Positions 60,164 to 64,000 of a stretch of 64,000 nt of DNA are shown here, one piece after another. Position 1 is the first letter of the stretch. The number at the start of each line of letters is the position of its first letter. The notes under the pieces were generated by a model. It did not search any database and was not told where the DNA came from. It was given only the letters and a program-made list of their open reading frames with translations. This DNA comes from Wickerhamiella versatilis (Eukaryota). Made by a program: the position numbers and the translations under genes. The DNA lies in NCBI GenBank assembly GCA_030867685.1, contig JAQOWU010000008.1, positions 1 to 64,000 of the forward strand, in the 5' to 3' direction.

Positions 60164-62422
60164 ATGTTAGGTTTGAGGGCTTCAGATGATCCGAAGAAGA
60201 ACGATGTCATTCATTCGATTGAAACGCAGGTCAGTGTGAGCAAGTCAGACTCGTCGATTTCTTCGGACTTAGACGAGGATGTTGCTGAGCTCCCACTGGA
60301 AGTCCGCGACATTGTCCCACTAGAGGACGACCCTAATATCCCTGTTTCGACCTTTCGGTATTTCGTACTATCCATAATTTTTGTTATTCCTGGAGCCTTC
60401 ATAGACACCATGAATTCGTATAGAACTACCGCAGCAGCATACTCTATATTTTTTGTGCAAATTGCTTCACATTGGGTCGGAAAATGGCTGGCTAGAGTTC
60501 TTCCAAACAAGCGAGTTGGCTATGGTAAACTGTCATTCAATCTTAATCCTGGGCCCTGGAGTATCAAGGAGACTGCACTAATCACTATAACGGCCAGCAG
60601 CGGGGCTACTGGTAGCCAAGGCACTACGCCGTTGTCATTAGCTGAAATATTCTATGGAGAAACAGTAAACCCGGCAGTTGCTATCTTTTTCATGTGGGCA
60701 ATTGTATTCGTAGGGTACTCCTATGCAGCAATCGCACGGAACTTCTTGCTTTACGACAGCCAATTCACCTGGCCGCAAGCACTCATGCAGACTACACTTT
60801 TTCAAACTCAAAAGAGAGCAGACGATGATTCTCGGAAAGGTCGCAAGCACATGAGGATTTTCTTTGCAGTGCTTATAGGATTGACAGTCTGGCAGTTTTT
60901 CCCAGAATATATCTTTCCGATGACTTCATCGCTGGCCTTTTTATGTTGGGTAGCATCTAGAAATTCAACTGCCAATTTTATTGGTTCCGGAATGGGTGGC
61001 ATGGGCCTCCTGAACTTGACCTTAGACTGGTCAAATATTACGTCTTCCATTATGCTGTACCCTTATTGGATTCAAGTGATTCAGTTTGCGGCATTTATCT
61101 TGGGTGCATGGATATTAATCCCCGCGGTAAAGTGGGGCAACCTATCCAGCTATAAATTTGGCCTTATGTCTAATAGCTTGTTCACTAATAATGGCACCAA
61201 ATATCCTACGAGTGAATTGCTTACTCCGAGTCTACAGTTGAATACTGCCCGTTTTGAAGAGTTAGGTGATGTTCACATGGGAGCGCAAAAGGCTTGGAAC
61301 ATGTTTTTTGACTATGCGGCCTATGTCAGTGGGTTTGTATGGGTAGTATGTTTTGGCTGGGCTGGAATGAAATCGTCACTTATAAAGCTAATTAAGTCGA
61401 TCAAGGATCGGAGGGGTGATGTGAGACAGATAAACCTGCAATACACGGATCGGCTCAACAAAATCCAATCTGCATATAAGGAAGTACCATTCCTCTGGTA
61501 TGGTATACTTTTTGCAATTTCATTTATTATTCTAATTGTTATTCTTGCTACAGATAGCCTCTTCATGCCTTGGTGGTGTATGCTGGTGGGTCTTGCGTTC
61601 GGGGCAATTATCTGCACTCCTCTCGCATGGCTTTATGCACTCTCAAACTTCCAGCTGGCCATTGGAACTTTTAACGAGCTTCTCTATGGCTATATGGTTC
61701 AAAACTCTTCGAAGCGTCACCCGGCTGGAGCAACAGTCTACGGAGCAATTGCAGGAGATGCCTGGTACAGGTGTCAGTACATCCTTCAGGATCAAAAAAT
61801 AGGACATTACATGCATCTCCCGCCGCGATCAGTTTTTTTCTCACAGATATTCGGAGAGCTTATAGGTGTACCTATCAATTATGCTGCTCTTAGATGGGTT
61901 CTTAGTTCGAAGATGGACTATCTGAATGGAAGCAAACCCGACCCTTTACATCAATGGACTGGACAATCCATTGTATCATATAATACTAATGCAGTACAGT
62001 ATGTGATTCTTGGTCCATCGCGGCTATTCAAGAATTACCCTGTTCTGCCTTATGGGTTCCTGGTTGGTGCTGCAGCTCCTATTGTGTTCTATGGTCTCCA
62101 TAGACTATTCCCGAAATCTCACCTTAGATTTGATTTGTGGAACACCACAGTATTCTTCTCAAGCATGGCTACTTTCTATGGAAACTTGTCCACTGGATAC
62201 GTCTCCAAGTTTATCGGCGGAACAGTCACAATGTTTTGGGCTTATAGGTACCGTCACAACCTTTGGAAGACATATAATTATCTGTTGGCAGCAGCCTTGG
62301 ATACGGGGTTTAATTTGAGCACGTTGTTGATATTTTTGTTTTTCTCCGCCGGTAAAACCGTTACTATGCCTAACTGGTGGGGAAATAATGCTGATAGCGT
62401 CGAGCGTTGTTTTACTCTCTAG
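60164..62422 (+). CDS. Oligopeptide transporter (OPT family)
   Basis: DDPNIPVSTFR, NPGPWSIKE, FPEYIFP, YKEVPFLWY, QDQKIGHYMHLPPR, YNYLLAAALDTG, NWWGN. Confidence 0.95.
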   Translation: MLGLRASDDPKKNDVIHSIETQVSVSKSDSSISSDLDEDVAELPLEVRDIVPLEDDPNIPVSTFRYFVLSIIFVIPGAFIDTMNSYRTTAAAYSIFFVQIASHWVGKWLARVLPNKRVGYGKLSFNLNPGPWSIKETALITITASSGATGSQGTTPLSLAEIFYGETVNPAVAIFFMWAIVFVGYSYAAIARNFLLYDSQFTWPQALMQTTLFQTQKRADDDSRKGRKHMRIFFAVLIGLTVWQFFPEYIFPMTSSLAFLCWVASRNSTANFIGSGMGGMGLLNLTLDWSNITSSIMLYPYWIQVIQFAAFILGAWILIPAVKWGNLSSYKFGLMSNSLFTNNGTKYPTSELLTPSLQLNTARFEELGDVHMGAQKAWNMFFDYAAYVSGFVWVVCFGWAGMKSSLIKLIKSIKDRRGDVRQINLQYTDRLNKIQSAYKEVPFLWYGILFAISFIILIVILATDSLFMPWWCMLVGLAFGAIICTPLAWLYALSNFQLAIGTFNELLYGYMVQNSSKRHPAGATVYGAIAGDAWYRCQYILQDQKIGHYMHLPPRSVFFSQIFGELIGVPINYAALRWVLSSKMDYLNGSKPDPLHQWTGQSIVSYNTNAVQYVILGPSRLFKNYPVLPYGFLVGAAAPIVFYGLHRLFPKSHLRFDLWNTTVFFSSMATFYGNLSTGYVSKFIGGTVTMFWAYRYRHNLWKTYNYLLAAALDTGFNLSTLLIFLFFSAGKTVTMPNWWGNNADSVERCFTL

Positions 62423-62702
62423 ACTTGAGATCATAGATTCAATTTAAATATCCATAAGTGGGAATATACAAATATAAATTTATGTTTAGGATCATTTGTG
62501 AAGCGAAAGAAAATGCATTGGGCGTATGAAAAGAAAGATAAGGTACTATTTGCATATTTGTACTATGCGCTAACCTTAATCTTCGAATTTATCAGTCTTA
62601 AAGACTTGTAAATGCGGTAGCGGTGCCTGCTCCCGAATAAAAAGTCACGTGAGGTGATGTTTTCGTTACACTTCAAAGCTTTTCCTTCGCCGACAAGAGT
62701 GA

Positions 62703-63161
62703 ATGGTCACAAAGATCACAATGGATATCGAAAAGAACAAGTCACTACAAAATATAGCTCTATTAGATGATGGTGATTTCATGGATAATGATATCGATCC
62801 ACATGATGCCACCCTTCGTTACAAGACGCTCACCTGGCCCAAGGCAACCGTTCTCCTCTTATCAGTGTATATTTGCCTACCATTAATGTCTTTTCCTTGG
62901 GCTTTCTCGATTTTGGGCCTCGTCCCAGGCATAATAATCACAGCATTCATCACGTTCATCACATGGTACACAGGTCTCACTATTACAGAATACTCGATCG
63001 CTAATCCAGGAGTAACAGATGTTTGTGACATTGAAATACTCATGGGGCTTTACTTCTTTGGGCCGGGAGTCTATTCAACTGTACAGAGTATAGTCTGGAA
63101 CTACCAATCAGGAGAGTACGGCAGTCCCTTCAGTTGCGCAAGTACTGCATTTATACCATAA
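62703..63161 (+). pseudogene. Internally deleted neutral amino acid permease (Aa_trans, Mtr-like)
   Basis: N-terminal YKTLTW...SFPWAFSILGLVPG...VTDVCDI is joined directly to C-terminal GLYFFGPGVYSTVQSIVWNYQSG...FSCA. The product is only 152 aa. Confidence 0.75.
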
Positions 63162-63407
63162 GTATTGAGAGGCTGATAAGTAGCTGAGCTCAGTGGCTGG
63201 TGCTCAGTGCACTTGATATTGCAGTGTATATCTAAATCGTTGGTAACTAATATTAATATCGCCTGACTGGGCAGATCACATGCGTGCCATTGTTTACATA
63301 ATTACGGGTGCTAGTAAACGAAACCTTATAAAGTAGGGCAGGTGCCGCGATACCATGTGAATATATCATCAAATCTTCTCCTCATGAATTTTTATAATTT
63401 CATCTTG

Positions 63408-63456
63408 TGAAGTGATGTAAGCCTAACTTGCATTTTCCAACCATTCTCTAAAGTAG
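63408..63456 (+). repeat. Degenerate 41-bp unit
   Basis: TGAAGTG...CTAACTTGCATTTTCCAACCATTCTCTAAAGTAG. Confidence 0.65.
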
Positions 63457-63610
63457 ACTCACCGCGCAGAACAGTAATCCTTATCAGATAGTGTAAGTTC
63501 ATTATGCCCGTAAAGTTAGTCAAGTATGAAACTTTTCAGATGTGAAGAGAATATAATAATATTAAGACCCAGAACAACTATCAAATCTGCCACCAACTTA
63601 AGACTATCTT

Positions 63611-64000
63611 TTATTTCTTGCGACCAAAAAAATTTGCAACACTTTGAAGATTTTTACGGACCAACTCGTGCGTAGGCATCTCAAATACTTCATCCATCTC
63701 CTCCAGAGTTTTGTTCTTAGTTTCTGGCATGAAAAAAAGTTGATACAGAAACCCAAGAGCTGCGATACCCCCATAGAAACCTATCATTAGCCCTGTGGGC
63801 CTAAAATGGTTTTGCATATCATGAAAGTTGTAAGTTGCAATGAAAGAGAATAAATTCAGGCAGGTCAGTGTGACAGCCATGCCAGCCCCCCTAGTCCGGA
63901 TGTCAAAGCTCTCAGATGGTACTATCCATGACAAGCACCCATAGGCCCCAATAAAGCCCATATAGAGAACAAGCCCAGTGAAGAATAAGCCGAGTGCTAA
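63611..64000 (-). CDS. Sugar/polyol porter (MFS), C-terminal part; the gene continues beyond the window
   Basis: WIVPSESFDIRTRGAG and FMPETKNKTLEEMDEVF; the frame is open to position 64000. Confidence 0.88.
   Translation of the reverse strand, partial: LALGLFFTGLVLYMGFIGAYGCLSWIVPSESFDIRTRGAGMAVTLTCLNLFSFIATYNFHDMQNHFRPTGLMIGFYGGIAALGFLYQLFFMPETKNKTLEEMDEVFEMPTHELVRKNLQSVANFFGRKK

Overview
This is intron-poor ascomycete yeast DNA (Saccharomycotina-like). The density of bacterial-type genes suggests the Wickerhamiella/Starmerella clade, but that is inference. The window looks like a subtelomeric or accessory region. It holds about 28 genes and gene fragments: MFS/APC/OPT transporters, five Zn2Cys6 transcription factors, GH2 and GH3 glycosidases, a PA14 adhesin, flavoenzymes, orphan membrane and secreted proteins, and about six genes of bacterial character (MetC-type lyase, nitronate monooxygenase, nitrilase, nitroreductase, MarR-GNAT fusion, aryl-alcohol dehydrogenase). 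The most striking structure is a 41-bp unit (AGTGGGCTATCTTGCATTGTCCAACCAGTCTCAGGTAGTGA). It occurs as a 12-copy spacer-less tandem array (3142-3635) and as about 20 partial or degenerate copies across the window. These lie almost only between genes, mostly on one strand, and usually start at the same register (AGTGGG). The array truncates one gene, and a dispersed copy supplies the stop codon of another. My best reading is an unusually long telomeric repeat whose relics mark junctions of captured gene segments; a site-specific cassette-junction element is the alternative. Other highlights are a shared CCGATCGG promoter motif linking a putative nitro-compound detoxification regulon, a Kex2-processed preprotoxin-like protein, and a head-to-head enzyme/pseudoenzyme monooxygenase pair.
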